Shown: positions 38,800-52,084 of the stretch, piece after piece
Numbering within the stretch: position 1 is the first letter of the stretch
How the letters are laid out: each line of letters opens with the position of its first letter
Origin: Selaginella moellendorffii
Lineage: Eukaryota; Plantae; Lycopodiophyta
Direction: 5' to 3'
Assembly (NCBI RefSeq): GCF_000143415.4
Contig: NW_003314285.1
Span: 1,329,370-1,393,369 of the forward strand
DNA length: 64,000 nt
Notes under the pieces: model-generated
What the model was told of the DNA's origin: nothing
What the model saw: the letters and a program-made list of their open reading frames with translations, nothing else
The model's database searches: none
Program-made: the position numbers and the translations under genes

Positions 38800-41450
38800 A
38801 CAAGTGAGATGACTTGGTAAAATGTTCAAGAGTTGACTTTAAATCTAAAAATACCTTTAATTCATGTACATTGTATAGTTACTCTCATTTTTAGATCACT
38901 TAGACCTTCTTAGGGTTCACCTTAAAGCCTATCCTTACCCATCATATGTCTAAGAAATTTTACCTTTTATCACATTTGTTCTGTTTAGTGTATAATTTAT
39001 GTTCCTTTACTTTATCAAACACCTTTGTTAAATGTTTGATATGTTCTTTTAGTGTTTTATTATATATTAGGATGTCATCAATGTAGAAAATTATAAACTA
39101 ATCCAAATAGGGTATAAGATTTGGTTTATAAGTGTCAAGAATGTTGCTAGCTCATTACATAGTTTAAAGAGCATCACTAAGAACTCAAAACTCCCATATC
39201 TTATTTAATTGATTGTCTTTTCAACATCTTCCTTTGTTAGTATCCTAATTTTATGTTTTAAATATGATTTATGGTATTGAAAGATACTTGTTAACTAATC
39301 CTTACAGACATTCTCTCTTTACTACCATAATAGTAGAAAATTAATACTGTTGGTTCCTTATACTCTTTTGGTCAAATGCATACATAATAACCAATTTCTC
39401 AATTAATTTGGGTGGAGACCAACAAATTATAACTATTTTTGTCATAGATGTAGAATCAAATTAGAAGTTGATCTAAGTTGGGGATAGAAATAACAAAAAT
39501 ACAAAATTCCTAAATATTATTAGTCAAGCACACTTGACATAGTTAGAGAAAGTTATTCATTAACTTGCACTTGCTAGTGTGAAAATCCATATAATATTAA
39601 GTTTAGTCTCTCAATAATATTATATGATAACTACTATATTCACTAGACACCCTCACTATCAGGTGAAGCATATTTACAAAATATAAAAAGTGTCTTAAAC
39701 ACTATTATGCTATTCCCATTTCAATTCACAATCTAGTGCCCTTTCATATTTAGTAAGTTTTTAAACTTGTCTTAGAGACTAACTATTGAGACTAGGGTGA
39801 AAGCCCAAAGCAAACTTTTATATACGAGGGTGTGGGATGTGAGGGTTCCAAATGTATAATAGGGATACTATTCAAAAGTATAGCTAACCACTTGAGATAT
39901 TAGTTTAACTCTTATTAGGTTGTGTTACTTTCGAGAGAAAATGTGACTTTATTTAATAAGAGGTAAAGTTTATTGGGTATATAATGGGCAAGGATAGGCT
40001 TAAAATGGATTTTGAGAAAGTCCAAGAAATCTAAAAATGGAAATGACTATCAAATATATACAAATTAAGGGCACTCTTAGGACTATATAGGTACTATGTA
40101 AAGTTTATCAATCACTAGTCAAGAGCTACTTTAGTTTTAATGAACCAAATGGGAAATGGGAAAATGGTATAGACAGTGGAATATGAGAAGATATTTATCC
40201 ACCTAAAAAAAAATTGAAAAAGGCTTCTATATTAGTGTTATCAAATTTTTGTAAAGACTTTGAGGTAAAAATAAATATTTTGGATTTTACAAATTTAACA
40301 AATGTGGTTTGCATATGAAGGAATTGTTTATAGTGATCAAAACGCTTATAGAGTGGTAACACTACTTTGGGAGACACTTTAATATATACATAGATAACAT
40401 AGTAATAAAACACTTATTGTCACACTTGACTTTCATGGGAAATAGTGATAGAGGGTTAATGTTTTGGCCAAATTAGATTGTGACATCCTTTATAAACTTA
40501 GGAAGAACAATATTATAGTGGATGCTATAAGTCAGAAAGTAAATTTGAAGTTTAGTAGCATCTAGTGCAATAACAACCTTTTAAAATGATGTACAAATAA
40601 CATATGAAGATAATGCACTAGGTATTGCTAAAGAACAATGTGGCATAAGATACTCATCAATAATGCAAGTTGCCAAGGGAAGAGGAAATTAATTATATAA
40701 AACACAATAGACTTATATAAGTGGACAAAAATGTATGTTCCAAAAAAGGAACTAAGGATGGTAACCTTTGAAAAGTGTCATAACAAACACCTAAGATGAT
40801 AAGTTTATTGAAGAGAAAATATTACTAACTGAATATAATTAAGGATACACAAGATTATATAAAGACATGCCCAACATATTAATAACTGAAGGCTGTAACT
40901 AGTGAAGGCTTATTACAAAGCCTTTCAATCCTAGATCATCTACAGAAATGTCTCATAATGCATTTTATTACAAGACTCCCTCAAAATAAGGAGTTTAATG
41001 TTATATTTATGGTGGTAGATTAGTTTTTGAAAATAGTATATTTAATACCCATCATAACAAAAGTGGATGCAAAAAGTTATTCTTTGAATTAGTGGTTCAA
41101 ATGTGGGGAAAGCCAAAAGAAATCTTCTTAGACTGAGATAAAATATTCAGTAGTAAAATCTAGAAAACTCTTCTAAAATAATATCACACAAAATTGAAAT
41201 TTAGCACAATCTATCACCCACAAACAAGTATTGAGTATTAAATCTTTTTGACAAATGGATAAATGAAAAAAGTGAATAGACTTATAATATTATATTTTTG
41301 GACAAAACAAATTGGGCAAGTCATTTAAGACTTCTAAAAATGTGTTATAATTACTCACCACATTTGAGTATTAGTGTGAGTCCATAGAAAATTATCAATA
41401 AACAAGCCATTGACAGCTTTGGGGCACGGAGTACAAACTTTTTGAGAAGA
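38800..41450. mobile_element. Decayed Ty3/gypsy pol relics in both orientations
   Basis: An RT C-terminal segment (EVKFIGYIMGKDRLKMD.EKV) is on + at ~39960-40110 and on - at ~38830-38980. RNase H and integrase remnants (..FSTIYHPQT at ~41200) lie on +. Confidence 0.65.
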
Positions 41451-42141
41451 GACATTTCCAAGATAACATAAGAGGTATGGAACTATAAGGAATAACAAAC
41501 AAGTTGCATGTCAAAACAAAGTCCTTCAATTGGTAGGCCAAGTTTTGTGGTTATAGCAACTCTGGGCAGGACGTGCATGGCTTATGCTCCCTTCAACTCC
41601 TGGCAGAATTCTGTTTTTGGGTGACAGTTTGAAGGTGACTTTAGAAGGTGCGGCCTCTGCTAGATAAAACTTTGAATATACAAACACATTTGGTTTCTAT
41701 GGTATCCTGTTCCAACCAGATTAGTGCTCTAATCTCGCAGCCAAAATGAGGCACAGATTGGTGTTGTGATTGAGGGTGTGCTTTGAGGAATTATGCAAGA
41801 AGTGAAAGGAAAGCTCATCTGTATAAGTTCCAGATCACATTTATGTTTTGGCATTGGATATGACTGTTTCCTAAGAGCGCTTTGTTTTTCGATAGTGAAT
41901 TTTGTGAATCCAGTCGCAGGAAAAAAGATTGTCATGCTGGGATTGGAAAGAGGCCGAGAGAAGGGACTCCTCCATCGCCAATGCAGCTGGTCCAGATCGC
42001 TGGAGAGGAGATTGAGCTTGAGAGGAAGGTAGCGTGGCTGCTTGAGGCACGTCTGTTAGCTTTGGACTTGTGGTGGTTATCTTTCCACAATAATTTGGTA
42101 TCAATATGACACGCAGCTGCTGTTAGGTCAAAATCATATTT

Positions 42142-44467
42142 TCAATAAAAATCATATAGCATGATTGTATTCATCAGCTTGAAGATAGACACTTCTAGAA
42201 TCTTCACAATCGACTGGAGACGATCAAGCTTCTGCTGCTGCTCATTAGACAATGAGCCTGTTGTCGGTATAATAAGCAGCTGCAGTTTCAACCTTCTTAG
42301 TACAAACGCAGGGAGAGTAAAAGCCACCAACCTCTTTTTCATGCTCTAATCGGTGCTCGATCTGCCTGTGGAGATTGTAAGCTGCATGGTACATATCCTC
42401 CAGCACCACAGAAGAGAGCTTGCTGAAATCTACGTGCCACAAATAAAAAGTTCTTGCGGGGGCACGATCCCCAGCAGACTTTGGAACTTCCTGCGTATAG
42501 AAATATAGTAATGGGGGAGAAGAGAACAAACCTTACCTGTAGCTCAATGTAACGCTCCTTCATCAGCTGGTAAAGGAGCTGCCAGGCTTCCTTATCAGGT
42601 ATCAAGCATTTCTCGGAAATCTGGTTAAAAGTCTTCACGTAAACTGGACGATGAGGAAAGAAAAACAAGAAAAAAGCTGACCGCTTTCTGTTCTGAGCCA
42701 CCCTTCTTGCTGAGAAGCCTTAGAATCCTAGACGATGGCTTTCCAAACCTCTGTGATACTATAGACTCCACCTGTGAGCAATGTAAAACGAGGCGTTCTA
42801 ATCATATCGTATGCGGCAATACCTCGGTTTTCCTGGCCAGTTCCACAATCTTCTGCATTGCTGCTTGGATCCAAAACTTAACGACGAATGCCATGGATAG
42901 CAAAAGAACGTACCAACTGTGTAGTGAGAACCGGCGTCTCCAACCGAGTTTATGAATCCTTCCTCCACCATTCTTTTAAGAGCGTTACGAACCACTGGGG
43001 CTGTCCAGTCCGACCTCAGTATAAGTATGTCGTTGAGGGTTAAAGCGTCTACAAGCTTCAGGGTAAATGCCGCGTAATTCTTCTAGACGATATGGAAATG
43101 ATCTTACCTGAGAAGGCAGCCTTCACTGTCGTTTCAGTTTTTCTGGTTGCTTCGAGCATTGCTTCAACCACAGTCTTTGCGTCGGAACCAAAACTGAAAT
43201 TTACATGGGACGCGCAAGCCTGAACTATCAAACAGAAGTGTGTCAAGAAGAATGAAGAAAATTTTACCAAACAGAATTTACCTACCTTATGTCTTAACAG
43301 CTTGACGCACTCCTCGAAGTTCACCCGCCATAGAACTTCTTTCTCGTCCATGGAACTTGAATCCCACAATGCTCCATGTTTTCGCTACGTATAATGCGAC
43401 GTATTAAGATAGAACCAGGTCTGAAGAAAAAAGAAAAACCTTTTCGCTTGTAGAAGGGGTGGAAGCTGCAGCATCTTCGTCCATGATCCACCTCGAGGGA
43501 CCTCTAAAACGCTCGGCCTCCATGGGAGCAGCCGCAGCAAGCACACGTCGCACTTGTGTTTCAAAATTAAGAGGAAGAGAACGTTTCTTCTGAGAGGAGA
43601 AACAAAGGAACAGAGTTGGAGGCACGCAAAAAGAGGTGAACTCACGCTGGAGCCGCGAGCCTTCTTCGCAGGACGTCCATCGCCGGCGTTATCAGAAAAG
43701 CCAAGCACAGCTTCCGGTCTCGGGCAGCGCTCCACAAGTTTATGTTGTAAAAGATTTGTGAACGCTTCCATGAATTGGGACTGAGCATCCTCTGCAAATC
43801 AAAAGTATGACTTTGTCTTGAGGAAGATTGTTTCCTTCTTTCCGCTAGAATTTACCTGAGTTGCTACATTCGGCATCACGCTTAATTAGTTGCTCCAGAG
43901 TTAATCGACCGTGCTGTAGCAAGCCCAGAGCCAGCTCCTCGGACTTTTTTTTAAAAAAAAGAAGAAGACAAAACCAGCATTTTAGCAAGAAAAGAGAACG
44001 AAAAAAAGAAAGACAACCTGATCATTTCCAGTCTTTTCACGTATAAGCTCCAGGAACAATGGAAAGCAGGCTCGAAGAACAACGTGATCCACAATAGCAG
44101 TGTAGCGCAATCGAGCTTCCAAGTTGTCTACAAAGAAAAAAAAAACTTTAAGAGGGAAAACTGTTCGATCTCTGCAAACCTTCGTCGAGGACCTTGAATG
44201 CCTGGACGCAATTGTGCTGGATCAAGACGAGCAGGCAGCTGGCGAGGTGCGGGCGAGCGAGGAGAGTGAAGCTGCCAATCTCAGGCAACGAAAGCTGCCC
44301 TCTAGAGATCAAACACTCGCACACGCTCTGCAAAAACACCCACCATTTCTCTATTCATCGATTCTATTTGCGCTGCGTTAGCATAGGATGAAACTTACAT
44401 GGACAAGGTCCCCAAATTGATCCTTGATGAGGAAACACGCCAGCTTCCCCGCGTATCCAGCAGCCAT
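42142..44467 (-). CDS. NRPC3: DNA-directed RNA polymerase III subunit RPC3 (C82/RPC62), multi-exon
   Basis: GKLACFLIKDQFGDLV..VCECLISRGQLSL..LLVLIQHNCVQAF, LLQHGRL, LWRVNFEE, QKQISEKCLI..KEA..LLYQL..ERYIELQEVPK..RTFYLW. Confidence 0.9.
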
Positions 44468-44710
44468 GAACCACACCACAAACCCTAAACCCACATAAAA
44501 CTTTACCCAAGAACCCTAATTTTCAGACTTGGCCAGATTCGAACCGGGGACCAGATTAAACCCTAAAACTCGGCGCCCACATTTAAAAGAAAGCCCAAGA
44601 ACCCTAGCAGCCAGTAGTAGCATTTTTTCAGGGTTAAAGAGAAGCGTGCGCGCTCCACCTTGCCATCGATCGATTCGCTGGCTTGGCCCCGTGAGTGAGA
44701 TTAACAGGAG
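44468..44710. promoter_or_regulatory. Bidirectional promoter of RPC3 and ribosomal protein P0 with telo-box and site-II-like motifs
   Basis: 243 bp between divergent ATGs. AAACCCTAA at ~44480 and ~44558, AACCCTA at ~44512 and ~44600, AGCCCA at ~44592. Confidence 0.65.
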
Positions 44711-45878
44711 ATGGGTTTCAAGGGGACGAAGCAGGAGAAGAAAGAGGTCTATGACAGGAAAATGGTCGATCTGCTGGAGACCTACAGCAAGGCGCTGATT
44801 TGCGCGGCCGACAATGTTGGGTCGAATCAGCTGCAGCAAATCCGCAGGGGATTGAGGCCGGAATCGGTGGTTCTCATGGGGAAGAACACTCTCATGAAGC
44901 GGACGATCAGGACTTACGCCGAGAAGAGCGGCAACACGACTGTTCTCAGTCTCATGCCTCTTTTGGTGGTAAGGAGAATTTTTTTTCTTGAGAGAAAGCT
45001 TGCGATGGTTGCTCTTGGCAGGGAAATGTGGGACTTATCTTCACCAAAGGTGATCTCAAAGAAGTTCGCGAGGAAGTCGCGAAGTACAAGGTATGATCTT
45101 TGTACTTGCGGTATGAAAATCAAAACTTTGTTCCAGGTTGGAGCGCCTGCTCGTGTCGGACTTGTTGCCCCGATCGACGTGACCATTCCTCCTGGAAGCA
45201 CTGGGCTTGATCCCTCGCAGACATCTTTCTTCCAGGTTCGACCAAAGAGGTGCTCTGTTTCTGTGGTTCATACTTGCAAACTTCCAGGTTCTCAACATTC
45301 CCACCAAGATCAACAAGGGAACTGTCGAGATCGTCTCGTCCGTGGAGCTCATCAAAAAGGGAGAGAAAGTTGGCTCCTCGGAGGCAGCTCTTCTCGCAAA
45401 GCTGGGCATAAGGCCATTCTCTTACGGGCTCGTCGTCCAGATGGTCTACGACGATGGCTCCGTCTTTGATCCCGCTGTTCTGGATCTCACCGAGGACGAC
45501 CTCGTCGGTCGCTTTGCCGCTGGTGTCTCGGCAGTGGCGGCGCTGTCGCTGGCTATCGGCTATCCGACTCTAGCAGCAGCGTCGCACTACTTCCTCAACT
45601 CTTACAAGAACGTTCTTGCTGTGGCTCTTGCGACCGATTACTCGTACCCTCAGGCCGAGACCGTGAAGGAGTATCTCAAGGTTTGATCCTGCTTTCCTTC
45701 GTTGCTTTGTCAGTGTATGTAACGCTTTTCTTTGTTTCAGGATCCCAGTAAGTTTGCTGTGGCTGCCAGTGAAGCTCCGGCTGCGAGTGAAGCTCCGGCT
45801 GCCAAGGTTGAAGAAGAAACGAAAGCAGAGCCTGAAGAAGAATCTGATGATGACATGGGCTTAAGTCTTTTCGATTAG
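44711..45878 (+). CDS. RPP0: 60S acidic ribosomal protein P0 (uL10), multi-exon
   Basis: [75 protein letters not shown], and C-terminal [14 protein letters not shown]. Confidence 0.97.
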
Positions 45879-46024
45879 ATTTCTTGTCAAAGCTTCTGAG
45901 AAGTGTTATTTGGTATTTTGTTTGCTTAATATTTGTTATTAAACTGCTACTTTGCAAGAGAAGGAAATCATGTTTTTTGATGTTTCAATGTCTAAAGATT
46001 AAAAAAAAAATTGTAGCTCTTGGA

Positions 46025-49000
46025 TTAAGCACCCACAGTCTGCTCCAAATGAAACAGGTTCCATTCTTGCAGGACGGCGGACTGCAAAGCCTTGTGCTCG
46101 ATTTCCTCGGGAGAAAATGTGGTGAGAGTGGACGGCTCTGCGGGCTGTATCCCTGGAAGCAGACTGTCATCGTCGCTCTTCACAGGCGGCGGCGCCAGCG
46201 TCACTTTGGGAAGCATTGACAACTCAATCGACCTCTTCAGCTTTTGAGCTTCCGATTCTTGAAGAGTTTCCTCAGAGACCACTTTCAGCTCCCCATCTGT
46301 TATGTCGTCCAGCCACTGCTGTAGATCCTCCGCAATATCATCCAGTACCGAAGCTGTAGAAGCTCTCAGGATGAACTTGCAGACCATAGTGTGCGAGTCG
46401 TCGCCAAGATCGACATTTGCGCTCACTTCGCTCGCGCCAAAGACCAGCATTCCTACGAAATCCCCGTACCACGTTTGAGCGGCATAGCAAAGCTGGCGAG
46501 AGATCAAACAAAGTTTTAGTACAGAACCGAAGACTAGAGAGAAAAGAAGAAAGAAAGCACCTGAAATCCAGCCATTGTACGAAGTATGTGGGAAGCAACT
46601 CGATGGAAAGGCTTTGACGACAAGGCCTTTAATCCCGCCAGAAATGGTGACTTCCAAGCGGCTCCGCCGTTCACTGTTTTCGGAACACCACCTTCGTATT
46701 TGTACGCTCCAGTGAACTCGAAAATTGCAGGAAGGCTGGGCCATAGCCGGAAGAACTCCACAGGTGAGCACTTGTGCGGAAGTAAAAGCTCCACCAGAGG
46801 TATCTTGTAAGGTTTGCATCTCAGGATAATCGGCTCTCCATAGTCCGGTTTGAGAGTCTTTCGAAGTCGGGGCCCCGAGGAAGTGTCATCTTCTCCAAAG
46901 TCAATTTCGTCGTGGCCCGATCCCGCACTTCCAGCATACGGATAATACAGCAGCTGCACGCACAGGGAGCACCGCTCAAATCTTGAGACGGAGACTGTGA
47001 CGCTGGATTGAATGGGATCCTGCATTGTAGAGGAGACTTTTAGCAAAATAAAGCTCGAATGATCATGCACATACCTGGGAGGACAAGTTTAGCAGTTGTC
47101 GAACAGCCTGCAAGCTACCATCCATGAATCTCAAGGCTCCTACGAGTCCGACGCGAACGTCAACCCGGTTAAGCTCCAGCTCGGTCATATTAATCACCTG
47201 TACGAGAACCAATATGAGAACACGTAGAGAGAAGAAAGTTTTACCCATACCTTCAAGTGTAATGTTAAGCGTTTCTCGTGCGGATCGCTCAAGTGGTACG
47301 CTTCGGCATAACACGGATCGCTGCTGCCAGAGAGTGTTTGCGCGGCTGGAGGCGGCCTCAAAACCGACGGGCTTGTTTCCTTGCTGGCTAGCAGCGTCAG
47401 TTCACTCACGGCAGGTTTCCAAAGCTCCTGGACAGCCTTGTGAACTAAGTATTCCAGCTTCCTGTCTTGTGCAGCTGACGCTTCAAAGTATTGCACCGAC
47501 AGCTTGTGATGGCTAAAGGGGTAGTCGCCAGTCGCAGCAGCAGTTCCTACCCACCTGCGAAAGCTCCAGACGATACGTCAAGTGTCCAGGCTTCAAACGA
47601 AACCATTACCTTGATTCCGGGTGCTTGGAGATGTACTTGAGGATCTGTAAGACAAGGCGGCATTGATGCTTGTTCACTGAATCAGCAAGAGTGCTGCTCC
47701 TGAAGTCCTCTAGCTCTTTTGCAAGACCCTGCGACGCTCTTGGATAGCGAGAACCCAGATGTTGAGCGCATAAGAGCATAGCTTGGACGTCCTGAGGGCG
47801 ATTTGCAGCTGCACTGAGCGGGCTATCGACGTTGAAAAGAACCTTGTGCATGCTGGAAATAAGTATGTTGAGAGGATCTTCAGGATCATCAGCCAAAAGC
47901 GGATCCAGCCCATCCAAGTCAAAATGCTCCGCTAACGCCCATATCAGACGTGCTCGTATCCTTGGAGTCGCCACCTGAACAGGAAACATGTCAAGAGAGA
48001 AGGAGGAAGGAAACTTTGAGCTTTACCTCTGGTAGATCTTTTGCTAGTTGTCGTTGCAAAGTCTGGAGCCTCGTTTCGTTTAGTACTTGCTCTGGAGACG
48101 CTCCATCCTTGACCTTCTTCACTCCACCTCTGGTATCATAGACATGGCACAGCCTGACCAGCAACTTCAAGTAGCAATCCATGGCATACGTCCGGCCGTC
48201 ACAGTCCCATCTCACGCAAGGACGGCAGACTTCCACAACTTCCAGCGCTGACTGAGTCCAACTGTGCATCTCGTGAGCGGTGCCGTAAGCTAGAGCTCCA
48301 AGCACCCGGCTTTCCGAGCGTGCTGTCTTGTCCTTTAGAAACGGCAGTGAGAGCTGGAAGCAGCTCTCCACCAGGCACGCGACCAGCTCCTCTCTGAACA
48401 AGCTGGAGCCGCTGCTGCTCGTAAGCTCTTCCTTGATCTTGGGATCTTCAAACAGCGACGCGATGTCCGTGCCTTGAGGCAGCTTCTGGCCCCTCCGAGC
48501 GCTCTCTTTCGCGAAAAGGTCCACAGAGAGAGCTGTCCGGCAGATGCAAGCCAAGGCGTGCATTCGATCGGCCTCGGCTCGCAGATTCCTGACCATCACC
48601 AGCAGCCGCTTGAACAAGGAGACTTGCATGTGAAGATCCAAAAGCTGGAGGTTCTCCACCACTGCTCTCACGATGCTCTCCCTGCCGGCATTGAAATCCT
48701 GACGGTCCCAGAGCGTGAGCAGCGACATGATGGAAGCCGAAGCCCACTCCGGCTTCCCACCGGGAACATCCGCCAGCGAGAGGAGATTGATCCCAACGTC
48801 GTAGACGAGCGACGGATCCAAGGACGACAGGAACGGCACCAAGTGAGACACCACGTCCGAAACTCCCAGGATCCTCTCGGCATTCACAAACTGCTTGTTG
48901 TCATCCCTGTAGCTAGAGAACCTCCCATCGTTTCCAAACAGCGCCTGCATCTCTTCCACCATCCCGGTGGCCACCGCCTTGATCGCGTACACGAGCGGAA

Positions 49001-49757
49001 AGATGGTGGCGCGGAAGCTCTCAAACGGAAGAACCCGCGAGCGAGCCATGAGCAAGTCTCGCTTCTCCCACACGAAAGTACACATCGACGCCACCCAGTG
49101 CGCACGAATCGCCACCGAGGCCTCGGTCGCGACGATGGTATCACCAGCCAGAGTGCTCATCCTCTTGCTCGAAAACTCAGAGAAGAGCCTCCCAATCCCT
49201 TCGAAAGCATAGCGGCACACCACGTCCGATGGATCCAGCATCTTGAGACCAATCTGGCTCCACCAAGTCGACACTCGATCCAGCACCGGTCCACTCGACT
49301 CGCAGAGCGTGACGATATCATCCCTGGCCAGCAAGCATCCCAGAGTTTCAATGCTGGCGTGCCTCAAATTCTCACTGTCACTGCCAATGCAGTTGGAGAT
49401 CTCCTTGCTCGAGTCCGTGATGAACTTCCCGAGCCGCCAGGTCGGGATCGCGGCGAGGAAGGAGACCGCGGCGGCTGTCACGTCCGGATCCGGGAAATCA
49501 AAGTCGCTCTTGATGCCGCTACACACCGTCTCCCACTGATCAGCCGTGAGGCGCGTGGTGCGCACCAGATCGAAGGCCAGTTTCTTGCACACGGCGCTGG
49601 CGGGGCTGGCGATAATCTCCTCGCAGGCGGCCCTGGAGAGCGAGGAGATGTCCGTGCCCGAAGCCGCGAGCTGCAATGCCTGGAGGAGGGCCTGCGCCTG
49701 CCGCATTCCATCGTTGGAGCTCAGATCTGTTCGGATCAGCGAGAACTGGTGATCCAT
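46025..49757 (-). CDS. TPLATE: TPLATE (TPLATE/TSET endocytic adaptor complex large subunit), multi-exon
   Basis: MDHQFSLIRTDLSSND..ALLQALQ..EEIIASPASAVCKKLAFDL, FDFPDPDVTAAA, LADVPGGKPEWA, YDTRGGVKKVKDGAS, LDPLLADDPEDPLNI, LSGSSDPCYAEAYH and CYAAQTWYGDFVGM. Confidence 0.95.
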
Positions 49758-50279
49758 CACGGCGAGCGGCGCCAGATTCCTAGCCGCCGCCGCGCGAAAT
49801 CCCTAGCCACGACTCACCTGATCGATCGGAGCTCCCGCATTCCACCAAGAGCCCTAATTCCTAGCCTAAAACATGCCAAGAAATTTCAAATAAAAATGGC
49901 ACCGATTACTGTAACTAATGCGGTTTAATGCAGAAAACTCTTTCATATATTCTACTGAACTCTTCTTTTGCTCGAAGAACTTTTATAAGCTCTGAAAAAA
50001 TAGTTGTAGCACAAGTAGTGTATACATCTGCAAATACAAAGTGGAACCCCCTTATCTTTGGGATACTAACCACTGCTTTGGAAGTCGTGTTCTATGGTCT
50101 AATCCTGGTGATTGCCTAATTGTGTAATGAAACCTTAACATGCACATTCTAGGTGAAGATCGGTCTTTGTACCAAGAGCTGTAATATTATATACAGTTAC
50201 TAAAAGCTAAAGCAGGGAGGCACCCACCCCAACCGTTGAAAGCAATAAATGACCATGGATAAGTTTCTTACAATTCTGC

Positions 50280-52050
50280 TGGAAGGTGTGCTCCTTCCTC
50301 TAGCGTGAACAGCTATGATCTTGTGCTGGTCGTAAACACGTCCAACCATGGTTTCCACTAGTCCCTAAAATTGAAACCATTGTTGATCATGATGCTTTAA
50401 ACTGGAAAAACTTACCACTAGCACAGGTACAACTATCCCAGATGGACACTGAGGCAATTATCAAATATGCATCATTTGGCTGTAAGTCAATCATATTTGA
50501 GTCAGTAACATTGCAATCACATACCAAGTCTTGCCTCGTTCAAGTGCACCCGGCATTGGGTCTGGAAATCCGTGTTCAGCATCCCAAAGAAGGAGTTCAT
50601 GGTTGCTTGCAAGAAAGTGAGGCTTCCCAGCTCTCACGAGGAACACACGAGCTTCCAGGTGGTGTATACTTGATTGTTATGGATGATCACGACAGTTGTA
50701 TAAAGCTTCGACGCCCATAAAGCCCAATGCAATTTGCTAACTTTCAGGGCAGCGATCATATCTTTGTCCGAAACAAATATAGAAAAGGATAATTTCAAAA
50801 GTAATCAACACCAATTCACTTCTCAAAAGCTGACATAACAGTTGCTGGGATGCCAAATGTTTCTTTTCCTTTAATGCTCCCAGTGCTTTCTATGGAACCC
50901 GGAACTCATATACCTCAGGATCTGTAAAGCATGTCAAGCTCACATCAGATAGATATTAGTAAGGAATGTTCACAAATACTCCTGAGATCATAGATATACA
51001 CAGCCATAAGAAGTTTCCTATGTTGTCCTGGGACAATTATCATGCTCAGATAAAGGACAATTGAAAAAAAAACACTCACCTATATCATGTTCAGATAGAT
51101 GCAACTGGTGGCCAGTATAGTCTTGCTCGACATCAAAGGGACCAACAGAGATGGAGTGGTGAATCCACAATTATTCATACAAACAAAAGCTGTTTACCTC
51201 AAGCTTTTGTCTTGCATGTCTCTAAGGCGAGAAGCTAGACTTGGGAGGAAATCTGCAAAGAAAAGCTATCCATGATGATGATTTTACCGTCTTCCACAGG
51301 AAATAGCCTGAGAAGTGGCTATGGAGTTCCTATACACCAACAGCTCCAGGACAATATGAGCAATCTCAAGTCTGTAAGGTTTGCCATGAGAAAGATTGGA
51401 GCAACAATGTATAATGTTCACAAAGCCGATTAGAAAATTATATTGCTTAGCATGGTTTGTGCTGAGGTTTTTATATTAAAGTAATACTCTAAAATACTTA
51501 AAATTGTGGTATATTAATAAAATTAAAGAGTTATAACCTTAGAAATGCTTCCAAGCTAAATTGTCTAATATCCAGATGAAGCATGAACTCCTTTTTCTTT
51601 TCTTCTATCAGACACCAATTTGTATTTGATTTGTTTCCATTTTTCAGATTACCCAAAGTGTCACTAGAATCTTACAAGCTTGTTACTAGCATTATCATGC
51701 CTTCCTATAATATTATATCTTCCACATGGGTTTGGCACAAACTTGTAAAGCTATGGAATATGAAAGAATCTTCTGAAGGTCACCATGAATATCTAGTGTT
51801 GGTAGTAAAATCACTGTAAGAGAAGACTTGTCTACTATCCCACAAGCCAAGTGCATAAAATCCATGGTTTTGAACTTGCTCTAAAAGCTGAAAATCCTCC
51901 TCAAGCCTCTTATAAAACTCCTCTACTTGCTGATGAAGTGAAAATACGGCAAGATCATAACTCCTTTGTAGTGGGCATTTATAGAATCTTGAGAATCTTT
52001 GCTGTAACTTGTGACTGATTGTATCTTGACTAAGGTATGAGAACATGAGT
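50280..52050 (-). pseudogene. Degraded multi-exon gene relic of unknown identity
   Basis: Minus-strand exon-like blocks bounded by GT/AG splice signals (for example ..HELLLWDAEHGFPDPMPGALERGKTW), but with in-frame stops. No family recognised. Confidence 0.3.
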
Positions 52051-52084
52051 TGACATGAATATTTTGAAGACCTTTTCTAGTCAC

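Noticed and set aside
48474-49928. 484-aa plus-strand ORF
   Set aside because: Antisense shadow of the GC-rich first exon of TPLATE.
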